Shown here: positions 53,523-62,355 of the stretch, piece by piece
How positions within the stretch are numbered: the first letter of the stretch is position 1
How the letters are laid out: each line of letters begins with the position of its first letter
The notes under the pieces: generated by a model
Told to the model about the DNA's origin: nothing
Databases searched by the model: none
Seen by the model: the letters and a program-made list of their open reading frames with translations, nothing else
Made by a program: the position numbers and the translations under genes
DNA from: a virus
Reading direction: 5' to 3' (one strand)
DNA length: 64,000 nt
Virus record (IMG/VR): IMGVR_UViG_3300027545_000001
Coordinates: 501-64,500 of that record

Positions 53523-55478
53523 CTAACTGGTAGTTATCGTGGGGCCATCAGCATTCTGACCCATACTGGGTGGTGCTGCATCCGTAGACTTCCTACCTTG
53601 AGCATTGGCAATCATCCCTATCCCTAGCGCCTGCTGTAGCTTCAGCCTACTAATCTCATCAGGCGGCACCTGAATACTAGGTGGTGTGTAGTTCATGATT
53701 CCCATCTTCTCCATGAGAGTGAACACACTGATGTAGCCCATCTTGGACAGCATGAAGTACTTCATTAACTCCTGCTGGGCTGCTGTATTCAATAGGCTAG
53801 ATGGGTCAAACTCACAGGCAATAGCTTCTAACATGATCTTAGCTCTAACATGCAATGGCCTTGGATTGTCAGTAGCCAGTGCATCCTCCATGCCTGCTAT
53901 GTCTCCAGGTTCTCCATCAGGCACATTGTCAGGGATGAATGTCTTAGGGTCATAGTCAAAGTCTTCTGGTGTAGCAGCATCAGGACCCAACCTAGTAAGC
54001 CGCTTCATGAGAGTATCCCACTCTGCATTAGCAAACAGGAACATCTCAGCTAGATCCTTATAGCAGCCCTCTAATATGCGAGACCGCAATCTCACACCCG
54101 GAGTCATAGCCTTCATGATCGTGTCTATGGTGTCGTCACTCGGGATCTGAGAGAGACTAGCCATAGCACTGGGGTCAGCAGTACCAGAGATCTTCTGCAT
54201 AGTCTCTTGGCACCATTTAATAACCTCCCAGATAAGTTGATCCAGTGGGGATGGGTTTACTACTGTAATACCCTTGCCACTAGCCATATTGGTACGGATC
54301 TTATAGCCAGGAGCACGAGTGTTAAACTTATTCATCTCAGCCTTGGATACATTCCTATCAGCTATTGCTCCAGGCTGTGCTACTTGCGCTGCATGATCGT
54401 CGATGACTCTGAGGTTATTAGTGATACTGGCTTGCAGAGGTATACAATCCCATAGAGGAGCCTTACCCAACCAACTCATCGGCCAAGGATTGAGAGTAAC
54501 CTTAATAAGAGGGAACTTAGGCAACCAATAGGGAGATGTATTGTCATACATCAGTACCCTATTACCCCATACGATCATGCGGCCAAAGGGGAATATAGGC
54601 TCTCCCGGTCTCACCTCATATGACCAAGGGGTAGTAGGCTTGCCATCTTCCCATGGCCCTAGCCTCATGATCTTGCCACTCTTATTAGTACGCATATCCT
54701 TTAGATACATAGTGTTAACGAACACTGTGGGTGTACCTGGGATATTCTTATCAGCCTTACTCTTCTTACTAAGTGGCCCACCTCTCTCACCCGGCCCTTC
54801 TACTAGAGACCTATGCAGCCAGCCAAAGAAGGTACCTAGCCCTCCCCCTTCATCTGTATTTACTGTCTTGTTATACTCCTCTTTAACCCACTCCGGGGTA
54901 CGTGGCCTGCGAGTAATCACAGCACTACAATCCTGAATGCTGTGGTACGACATGGGGTCTACAGGGAAGACATTGCGGGGGTCTTCAGCATCCACCATCA
55001 TGTCATCTAGTCTGCGGGAGTAGTAGAAGTGAGCATACCCAGTACCAGCCAGAGTGTAGTACCGTATAACATCTCCCATTCGGAGATCTATCTGGCGTCT
55101 GTTGTACCAACTCTCTGCACTCTTGTTACTGAGCTTGCACTGCTTCTCGTACTTGGGGTTCTGTGTCCTATAGTTCCAGAACATCCTAGTATCAGTGAGC
55201 ATGGCAGTAAGATCCTCTGCCACCTTGGGGATTAGATTAGCTCTGGTAGTGGAGAGAGGACTCTTAGCACCCGGCACATAACTAGCTGCCGTAGACTTCT
55301 CATAGGCGAACACTTCATCTATTGCAGTGGAGATCTTATCATAGCCAATAGACTGCTCTACAAACTTGATGCCCCTCTTCAGGCGCTCATCACACCACTC
55401 TAGGACATCATAGTCCCTAGACCCAGGCTCTACATCATTAGTGGTTAAGGCAGGAAGATCGAAGTAGTCACTTGGCAC
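53523..55478 (-). CDS. Portal protein
   Basis: 651 aa; DPRNVFPVDP, FPLIKV, ITNNL..IDD...AQPG, GVRLRSRILE; position after the terminase genes. Confidence 0.82.
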   Translation of the reverse strand: MPSDYFDLPALTTNDVEPGSRDYDVLEWCDERLKRGIKFVEQSIGYDKISTAIDEVFAYEKSTAASYVPGAKSPLSTTRANLIPKVAEDLTAMLTDTRMFWNYRTQNPKYEKQCKLSNKSAESWYNRRQIDLRMGDVIRYYTLAGTGYAHFYYSRRLDDMMVDAEDPRNVFPVDPMSYHSIQDCSAVITRRPRTPEWVKEEYNKTVNTDEGGGLGTFFGWLHRSLVEGPGERGGPLSKKSKADKNIPGTPTVFVNTMYLKDMRTNKSGKIMRLGPWEDGKPTTPWSYEVRPGEPIFPFGRMIVWGNRVLMYDNTSPYWLPKFPLIKVTLNPWPMSWLGKAPLWDCIPLQASITNNLRVIDDHAAQVAQPGAIADRNVSKAEMNKFNTRAPGYKIRTNMASGKGITVVNPSPLDQLIWEVIKWCQETMQKISGTADPSAMASLSQIPSDDTIDTIMKAMTPGVRLRSRILEGCYKDLAEMFLFANAEWDTLMKRLTRLGPDAATPEDFDYDPKTFIPDNVPDGEPGDIAGMEDALATDNPRPLHVRAKIMLEAIACEFDPSSLLNTAAQQELMKYFMLSKMGYISVFTLMEKMGIMNYTPPSIQVPPDEISRLKLQQALGIGMIANAQGRKSTDAAPPSMGQNADGPTITTS

Positions 55479-55497
55479 AGACTAAGAATAGCAGGAA

Positions 55498-55514
55498 AGT
55501 GTAATCATTACACT
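55498..55514. repeat. Dispersed palindrome copy 22
   Basis: AGTGTAAT-C-ATTACACT; supplies the stop of 55508..55927. Confidence 0.95.
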
Positions 55515-55927
55515 CCACCAGTCCACGGCCCACTAGCTATTGCCTGTCGCATATCATCTATAAGATCTTCTTTAGCTTTCTTAGAGATATGTGGCACAGT
55601 GTAGTTCTCTGGTACTGGTTCATTACCGTTATTGAAGTTAGTAGCCTCATGAACAGTGCCAGTCTCTTTCTCATAGGCACTCATGTTCATGATCTCTCTG
55701 CGCTCAAAGCCTTGATTACTATAGGCTTGGGGCATTGGTGCATCTGCTCTGGCGGGTGTCTTGTGCTCCCCAGTGAGGGGGTTATGATAGACCACAGCAC
55801 GCTCTGAAGCACCCACTTGAGCATTGCGTTGCACCTTGGAAGCACCACACTTACAGCACTTACGGGAGTCTGGGCTATTCTTTTGGTTGCAATAGCACCA
55901 CCAACCTTGAGAAGTGAATCTGGGCAT
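55508..55927 (-). CDS. Zinc-finger protein (RanBP2-like spacing)
   Basis: WWCYCNQKNSPDSRKCCKCG. Confidence 0.6.
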   Translation of the reverse strand: MPRFTSQGWWCYCNQKNSPDSRKCCKCGASKVQRNAQVGASERAVVYHNPLTGEHKTPARADAPMPQAYSNQGFERREIMNMSAYEKETGTVHEATNFNNGNEPVPENYTVPHISKKAKEDLIDDMRQAIASGPWTGGV

Positions 55928-55928
55928 G

Positions 55929-56162
55929 TCAGTAAGCTACACTATTGATTGCCTGCTTGAGCATATTCTCCCATAAGAATGTCTCCAGCTTCATGGTATA
56001 TGCTCTCTTCCTAATCCTATTCGCAGCATCAGGCTCAATAAGGAACTCAACTCTCATGCCCCCATCTGGCTGTAGTACTACCCGACATTTGGGGAGAATA
56101 CCAGACGGGGGCAATTGTGGTTTAGTCTTATTGGTCTGCTGAACAGTTGACGTGTCGGGCAT
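55929..56162 (-). CDS. Hypothetical protein
   Basis: Likely start MPDTST at 56162, predicted leaderless. Confidence 0.55.
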   Translation of the reverse strand: MPDTSTVQQTNKTKPQLPPSGILPKCRVVLQPDGGMRVEFLIEPDAANRIRKRAYTMKLETFLWENMLKQAINSVAY

Positions 56163-56168
56163 ATACAA

Positions 56169-56187
56169 AAGTGTAATCATTACACTT
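56169..56187. repeat. Dispersed palindrome copy 23
   Basis: AAGTGTAAT-C-ATTACACTT; one arm forms a -10 element. Confidence 0.95.
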
Positions 56188-56199
56188 ACTTGATGTCAA
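56170..56199 (-). promoter_or_regulatory. Promoter whose -10 lies inside the palindrome
   Basis: TTGACA-N18-TACACT-N7-ATG. Confidence 0.55.
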
Positions 56200-57153
56200 C
56201 TAGTCATACCAGTCCGCTGTAGCTCTTTCTTTCCAGCCAGTAAAGCCTCCAGTCTCCTCTATCACGAGACCCTTCTCATACGATACTTCACAGAGTGGGG
56301 CAGTCCTTTGTGGCTCTAGTATAGGTGTCTCTGATACAACCTGATCCAGTCTCTCCACATCGTAAGTCCACTTATGCCCAGCCCAGAAGCATAGGTTAGC
56401 CGCCATGAACCTATCATCGTGATGACCATGAGAAGCCTTAGCTCTCATCTTATCTAGATCTACCTCAGCATTAGAGTACTCATCTAATAGGTATTTAGAC
56501 CTGATCTCAGCATGTCTCCCCATTAGATGACGGCGGGACCTGTACCATAGAATCTTCTGGCTCTCTCGGGTAGATCTCCACCCTAATCTATTGGTCTCCT
56601 CAGCCTCACTATCTATGTACTCCCAGTGCCAGAGATTCCCATACCCTAACCTCAATAGCTCTTGGGTCATGAGGATGCCACACCCAGGCCATGACTCCCA
56701 TATCAGTTCACACTGGTCTTCATCCTCACCAGCATAGATACGGCCTAGGACATTAGCTACCTTAGCAAGCTCTACTGCATCACAGGGGGCAGCGAACTCT
56801 GCCACCTGCACATCCTTATAAAGCCTTCTCTGTCTTTTAGTTACGGGATCTATGTCTGGTATCTTCTCACCATTCTCTATCTTGAATAGCAACTCATAAG
56901 TGCCATCTGGCTTGAAGATCTCTATCACACCATTGTCAGTCTTGCTATCCTCCGTAGTCCGAGTGGCACGAGACCAGCCTGTTATACCCTCTGTAGAGTC
57001 GGCACCCATGATGTACTTAACTCCGGGCTGCGGTGGCTCCCACATCAATAGGACTCCACGTGGATCTTTTTCTATCTCGCTCCACGGTTCGTCATCATAC
57101 TCACCAATAGATGACCCTGCTACGTATAGCGTTCTGGGATAAATCTGACCCAT
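56200..57153 (-). CDS. terL: Terminase large subunit, nuclease domain (separate gene)
   Basis: YIMGADSTEG; QVAEF; GWRST; HDDRFMAANL, RNase H-like pattern. Confidence 0.82.
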   Translation of the reverse strand: MGQIYPRTLYVAGSSIGEYDDEPWSEIEKDPRGVLLMWEPPQPGVKYIMGADSTEGITGWSRATRTTEDSKTDNGVIEIFKPDGTYELLFKIENGEKIPDIDPVTKRQRRLYKDVQVAEFAAPCDAVELAKVANVLGRIYAGEDEDQCELIWESWPGCGILMTQELLRLGYGNLWHWEYIDSEAEETNRLGWRSTRESQKILWYRSRRHLMGRHAEIRSKYLLDEYSNAEVDLDKMRAKASHGHHDDRFMAANLCFWAGHKWTYDVERLDQVVSETPILEPQRTAPLCEVSYEKGLVIEETGGFTGWKERATADWYD

Positions 57154-58481
57154 TAAGCTGCCACCTCCATAGAGTACACATGTGGCTTCCTAATACTAAG
57201 TTCCATCTCCTCTATGAGTTCCACAGGCAGTGCGCCTCTAGCCCAGTTAGTGAATGACTGCTCTGGAGTAGCTGGATATGATGCTAAGAAGTGCCCGAGC
57301 TTACCCTGTCTTGCATACTTATCTCTCTCTGTCTCCCACCAGTACAGTTGGTCTACAGTTGGTTTAACTGATCTACCATCACACCACTCAGGGCTAGTCC
57401 TCTCTATTAGATCAGCATGCTCTATGGTATGGTGCTCCGGTTGCCAGTCTAATGGTGGAATAGATCTCCACTTAGTACTGTTCAGATACCAAGGCACAAA
57501 GATGTAAGTCCATGATTCATAACCCTTTTCCTTGTTCCGGCAGGACTCAGTTACCTCATTCCAGTAGTCTCCCTTACCTGCGCTGGTAGCCTCTTGTATG
57601 TGCAGAGTCATGCGGGACTTGGGCAGCGATGGTGTGAATGAGTAGCCTATCTGATAAGGGAACTTCCACAGACTAACCTCAGTAAGATGACTTACATCCT
57701 GCTGAGTACCAACACCAATACCTTGCTCTTGATTCTCTGACTGGTATAGGAGGCGGGAGTCAAAGGGATGTTTAAAGCCTAATTCGGAGTCTTTAACATC
57801 TGGGTATATATCTGCTTTAGCTGGCTTAAGCCAGAAGGGGAGATTATCAAGGGTAAGCTTATCTCTCTTGTAGAGTTCTCCGGTCCCATCTGGGCTAAGA
57901 GACGCAGCAAAGCATCTAGTTCCAGGCCATAGGAGCATTCTATGAAGGGAAGCCCCCCTAGAAGTTGCTGTAAAAACAACCTGTCTGCACTTGTGGGCAT
58001 AGACTCTTATCCCCTCTGTATGCTTATACTTAGCATACTCCTGATGAACTACATCTTCTCTCTTGCCCAACTCCTTAATGAACTTCCTCTGTGATTCCAG
58101 TAAGATACCAGCACCAATACCCTCTTGACTTCCCACTCCGGGATCAAGCTCTACCACATGATAACGAGTCAAGTAGTACTCGAAATCTGCCTTACATATA
58201 AGGCGCTCTGACCTGATGAAAGCGTGCTCCTTAGCATCTAACTCTCTTACAAGCTGGCCCTCTGGCAGTGGTTCATTCCTAGCATTGAATCTCAGCTTCT
58301 CTAACTTGCCTGCAATATCAATGCTCTTGTCTCGTGGAAGCCGCTGGAACTGTAGACCAGCCTTCTTTGCGGCAAAGAGTCTTCTCTCAGTTATCTCTGG
58401 ACTATACATAAAGTATAATCTATGGTAATCTTTGGTTGGGGCCGTTGCATATAATGGTGCACCCTGGTAGCAGGGAGTCAA
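57153..58481 (-). CDS. terL: Terminase large subunit, ATPase domain (separate gene)
   Basis: KCRQVVFT (K.RQ-type Walker A variant); HLTEVSLW; IQEATSAGKGDYW; FVPWY; start may be 58409. Confidence 0.82.
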   Translation of the reverse strand: MTPCYQGAPLYATAPTKDYHRLYFMYSPEITERRLFAAKKAGLQFQRLPRDKSIDIAGKLEKLRFNARNEPLPEGQLVRELDAKEHAFIRSERLICKADFEYYLTRYHVVELDPGVGSQEGIGAGILLESQRKFIKELGKREDVVHQEYAKYKHTEGIRVYAHKCRQVVFTATSRGASLHRMLLWPGTRCFAASLSPDGTGELYKRDKLTLDNLPFWLKPAKADIYPDVKDSELGFKHPFDSRLLYQSENQEQGIGVGTQQDVSHLTEVSLWKFPYQIGYSFTPSLPKSRMTLHIQEATSAGKGDYWNEVTESCRNKEKGYESWTYIFVPWYLNSTKWRSIPPLDWQPEHHTIEHADLIERTSPEWCDGRSVKPTVDQLYWWETERDKYARQGKLGHFLASYPATPEQSFTNWARGALPVELIEEMELSIRKPHVYSMEVAA

Positions 58482-58501
58482 GAAACGGCCTCATTACACT
58501 T

Positions 58502-58750
58502 TCAGGCTTCATCTTCATCACCTATCCCATCCCACGCATCTTTCAACTTCTGCAAAGCACTCTTAGGCTTATCGTCATCACCCATGTAACTTACTTCTGT
58601 GTCGGACTTCTTGGGATTCTCTGTTATTCTGATGATGGGTGGATTCCTGGCAGCTAACTCTGTTTCATACAATTCGCGCAGGATTGACATTTCCCTAGCG
58701 ATTGTGCTGAAGGGATGCACCAATCTCATCAGTTTAATCCACATATACAA
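58502..58750 (-). CDS. Hypothetical protein upstream of the terminase
   Basis: 82 aa; TATACT-N7-TTG start geometry. Confidence 0.55.
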   Translation of the reverse strand: MYMWIKLMRLVHPFSTIAREMSILRELYETELAARNPPIIRITENPKKSDTEVSYMGDDDKPKSALQKLKDAWDGIGDEDEA

Positions 58751-58776
58751 TGATGATAGTATACGTCATAAGGATA

Positions 58777-58795
58777 AAGTGTAATGATTACACTT
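58777..58795. repeat. Dispersed palindrome copy 24
   Basis: AAGTGTAAT-G-ATTACACTT between the divergent packaging and fibre genes. Confidence 0.95.
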
Positions 58796-58803
58796 AGTAG
58801 CCT

Positions 58804-61800
58804 ATGAAGAACATCTTAGTTGGTCTGCTCTTTATCTCTACAGCACTTTGTCAGATAAGCCCCCCAGCAGGTGGAGGCGGCACAGGTGGCTCAGGTGCCA
58901 AGAACCTCAGTACCAGTTGGTCCACGGCTACTACCACAGCATCTATTAATGTATCTTCCTTTAACCTGACCACAGCTTCAGTCAACTCTGTCATACCAGC
59001 ATGTTCCACAGGCACAGGGTACTCAGGCACTCCCCCCACTGGATTCCCCACTGGCCCCTTGACTCCGCTCTCATTCGTAATGACCCCGACATTCAGCGGG
59101 TCAAATCTAACCACAGAGACATTCACATTCAGCAGTATTGCTAATGGAGTCTGCACAGTTAACAGTAATGGTGGGGCAGGGGCAGTCGGACCACAGGGAC
59201 CAGCAGGAGCTAATGGCAGCAATGGAGCACCTAGTTGCGGAGTAGTTGGAGCCTGCACGATTGTTTATGCCACCACTTCAGTGAACACAACTGGCCCTGG
59301 TGCAGGCGCTCTCATGATGCAACAGGGTGGTGCTCAGACTCCCCCAGCTAATGCAGTTGGTATTTCTGCTCCTGTATCTGTTCCGAACTGTGCGCCTTCC
59401 AATGGCCCAATGAATGTTCTTTGGGGAGTACCAGCTACAGGGTTAATCCATACCTCGAATGGTTGTCCATCATTCTGGACTACCAGCCTTGTTGCCACGA
59501 CGGATGCAGCAGCCCTAGTCGGAACAGATACCTCTTTTGTGACGGGGCCAACGGGAACAATCGTAGCTGGAGACGCCGCTATGGGGAGCACCAATGGAGG
59601 CGTTACCGACAGCACCTTCCCGATTCAGAATATCTGCGGTGTCAGCACTATCCCTGTCACGGGAACGGGAGGGAGAATTAATGTCACCTGTATACCCCAA
59701 CTTGCTGGGGATGTCACGAACACACCTGGAGGAACAGGGGAAAACATAACAGTTAATGGGATTAATACCGTTCCTCTCTGTACTACATTCACGCCGACCA
59801 ACGGGCAACCTTTAACATACACAACCGGGGGTACGCCTAACCCATGCTGGGGTCCGGTTTCCTCTGCGGGAGGCGGCAATGTTACAGCTGGCACGCTAAC
59901 ATCTGGGTCAATACCTAAAGCCAACGGAGCCACCTCGATCACCAATTCTGGGCTTACCGAGTTCTCCGGGACCCTTGCCTATGGAGGCACCGTGAACTTT
60001 AGCGGTTCCACCCATACAGCACCAGCCATAGTCGTGGCTACGGCTGGTGCGCTCCCAGCCACCTGCAACGCGGCTATCGGTGAGGTAGCCATTGTCACCG
60101 GGGCTACGGCTGGGCAAAACTGGTACTTCTGCTTGACGACGAACACTTGGACGCAGCAGTTAAACAGCGGTGGGGGTAGCACTGGGTTCACTGCCACAGC
60201 AGGTTCAGGCGGCGTTACAGCCAACCTATTAGCTAGCCGGGACACCAGCAATCCTACAGAATACATACTTCCTACGTCTGGTGGATGCGGTGTCGGAATT
60301 GCAGCCACGACCGCCGCAGCTTCATCCACATTTTTACTTCAGACGGTAGCTGGTTCAGTGTTTACTGGAGTAGCTGATAATGCCATAACAGCAGGGCACA
60401 TTCTAGTCGGCGGAACGACAACACCAGGACGAGTATCAGATAGCGGTGTCTCTGCCATTACATCTATTTCTCCTTCCACTTGTGTAGTTGGAGCAGCTAC
60501 GGCCAGCGCCACCACTGGGAGTACCGTCACTCTTATATGGTATGGGGTGGGTACCTTTGGTGCTCAGGCAAGTAGCGGGGGTACAGGCAACGTGGCAACA
60601 CAGCATACCGTCACATTCTCAGCTACTCCGACATTCACCGGCGCATCGGCTTCAGCGGGTACCGTCGATGATTTCGTAATGAGCACGGCCCTCTCGGCCA
60701 ATATCACATCATCAACACTAGCGACCGTCACGAGCGGGCAAGTCCTAAACTTCACCTTTACGCAAGCTGCTAGTGGTGGGCCTTTTACCGTCGTAATGCC
60801 TACGGGATTTGACGCCTGCACAGTGGCTCCAACCGCAAGCACGCTCACGACATGTAGCTATTGGTACGACGGAACAAATGCACACTTGGTGGCAACAAAT
60901 AGTACTTGTCCGAGTTGTGCAGGTGGCGCGTTCTTTGCGGGGAACACGACGAATCCAACAATACCGGTGAATGACTTCGGAATCATAGGATTCAACACTA
61001 CTTCTGCGACGGCCTATGGATGGCAACCGTCATCAACAGCGCCATCTGGCACCCAGTTCATGACGGCGGGTACTCCATCGGGCGGCTATTCTCCAGTAGG
61101 CTATACGAGCACAATAGGTCTATCCAGCCTTGCTACTCAGGCTACTAATACGGTAGTCATGAATGCTACCGGCGGGACAGCAGCACCCACGGCAGTAGCG
61201 ATGCCCACCTGCACGACTGGCGCGGATCTCTACAATACGAGCACGAACTCATGGTCATGCGTGAGCACAGGTGGTAGCACCGGTATAACAGTCACAGCCA
61301 ATAGCACCGGCGTCACAGCAAATCTGCTTGCCAAGCAAGACGCGAGTAACCCTGGCCAATACCAAACCGTAACGGCATCTGGCGGATGCGGACAGGGTAT
61401 TGCTGCTACAACCGCCACATCAACAACATTTCTATTGCAGACCCTACCAGGGGCAGTCTTGACTGGGGTGGCAGATGGCACAATCACTGCGGGGCATATT
61501 CTAATAGGAGGAGCCACAACACCAGGAAGAGTCGCAGATAGTGGCCAGACTTCTCCCGCCTTATTAGCTTCCACCGTATGCGTGGTAGGGTTAGCCACAG
61601 ACAGTGCTACAGTCGGCAATCCCGTAACCTTAATTTGGTATGGAGCGGGGAGTGCTGGGGGCGCAGCGGCGGCGACCAACCTTAGTAATCTTGCAGGGGT
61701 TTCTATCAACACATCGCTGCTTTCTGCTGCTAGTGTAGATCTGGGGAGCACAGCTAATCCGTGGAGGAATCTATATCTATATGGGTCTGGCACATATGGG

Positions 61801-62355
61801 AGCACATATTTAAAGTTGACTGGCACACCAACCTCTACGCGCACATGGACGTTTCAAGATGCCACAGATACATTGGTTGGTTTGGCAACCACTGACACAC
61901 TGACCAATAAAACACTCACCAGTCCAACGCTCATCACCCCTGTCCTGGGAGCGGCCACGGCAACGTCTCTACTAGCCAGCGGGACTTTGGACGGTCAAGC
62001 ACCCATCACGGTTACGACAGGATCATCCGCTACTCTCGGGGGAACCTACAAGTCCGGCTATACATTCAATGAGAACGCCACAGCAGGCACGGCCATCACA
62101 TATACGCTCCCGACCGCTGCGGCAGGCTTGCAGTACTGCGTGGGCAATGCCAACGGTGGAGCGGCCAATACAGGAACATTGGAGCTTCTTACGTCAGCGT
62201 CTGGGCAATTCATCATCTTCACTGATGGCACGCTGAGCGCCACTGGGGGATTCGTCCAATCAGGAGGAGCGGCGGGAGACTTCGGATGCGTGGTCGGTGT
62301 GGACTCTACGCATTGGTATTTCCGGCCATCGCAAGGGACATGGACAAAGCATTGA
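58804..62355 (+). CDS. Long fibre-like protein with signal-peptide-like leader, short collagen-like stretch and duplicated cement-like domain
   Basis: MKNILVGLLFISTALC-Q leader; GAVGPQGPAGANGSNG; two roughly 130-150 aa repeats; TDTLTNKTLTSP motif. Confidence 0.7.
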   Translation: MKNILVGLLFISTALCQISPPAGGGGTGGSGAKNLSTSWSTATTTASINVSSFNLTTASVNSVIPACSTGTGYSGTPPTGFPTGPLTPLSFVMTPTFSGSNLTTETFTFSSIANGVCTVNSNGGAGAVGPQGPAGANGSNGAPSCGVVGACTIVYATTSVNTTGPGAGALMMQQGGAQTPPANAVGISAPVSVPNCAPSNGPMNVLWGVPATGLIHTSNGCPSFWTTSLVATTDAAALVGTDTSFVTGPTGTIVAGDAAMGSTNGGVTDSTFPIQNICGVSTIPVTGTGGRINVTCIPQLAGDVTNTPGGTGENITVNGINTVPLCTTFTPTNGQPLTYTTGGTPNPCWGPVSSAGGGNVTAGTLTSGSIPKANGATSITNSGLTEFSGTLAYGGTVNFSGSTHTAPAIVVATAGALPATCNAAIGEVAIVTGATAGQNWYFCLTTNTWTQQLNSGGGSTGFTATAGSGGVTANLLASRDTSNPTEYILPTSGGCGVGIAATTAAASSTFLLQTVAGSVFTGVADNAITAGHILVGGTTTPGRVSDSGVSAITSISPSTCVVGAATASATTGSTVTLIWYGVGTFGAQASSGGTGNVATQHTVTFSATPTFTGASASAGTVDDFVMSTALSANITSSTLATVTSGQVLNFTFTQAASGGPFTVVMPTGFDACTVAPTASTLTTCSYWYDGTNAHLVATNSTCPSCAGGAFFAGNTTNPTIPVNDFGIIGFNTTSATAYGWQPSSTAPSGTQFMTAGTPSGGYSPVGYTSTIGLSSLATQATNTVVMNATGGTAAPTAVAMPTCTTGADLYNTSTNSWSCVSTGGSTGITVTANSTGVTANLLAKQDASNPGQYQTVTASGGCGQGIAATTATSTTFLLQTLPGAVLTGVADGTITAGHILIGGATTPGRVADSGQTSPALLASTVCVVGLATDSATVGNPVTLIWYGAGSAGGAAAATNLSNLAGVSINTSLLSAASVDLGSTANPWRNLYLYGSGTYGSTYLKLTGTPTSTRTWTFQDATDTLVGLATTDTLTNKTLTSPTLITPVLGAATATSLLASGTLDGQAPITVTTGSSATLGGTYKSGYTFNENATAGTAITYTLPTAAAGLQYCVGNANGGAANTGTLELLTSASGQFIIFTDGTLSATGGFVQSGGAAGDFGCVVGVDSTHWYFRPSQGTWTKH

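Noticed and set aside
57141-57165. Programmed frameshift fusing the two terL ORFs
   Set aside because: No X-XXY-YYZ slippery site before the stop; the TAATG overlap fits translational coupling.
5625-58795. CRISPR array interpretation of the 24 repeats
   Set aside because: Copies are 0.3-7 kb apart with genes between them, not regularly spaced by 30-40 nt spacers; no cas operon.
5625-58795. Canonical parS identity of the palindrome
   Set aside because: It does not match the 16-bp TGTTTCACGTGAAACA consensus and has an odd central base; only a non-canonical loading site remains possible.
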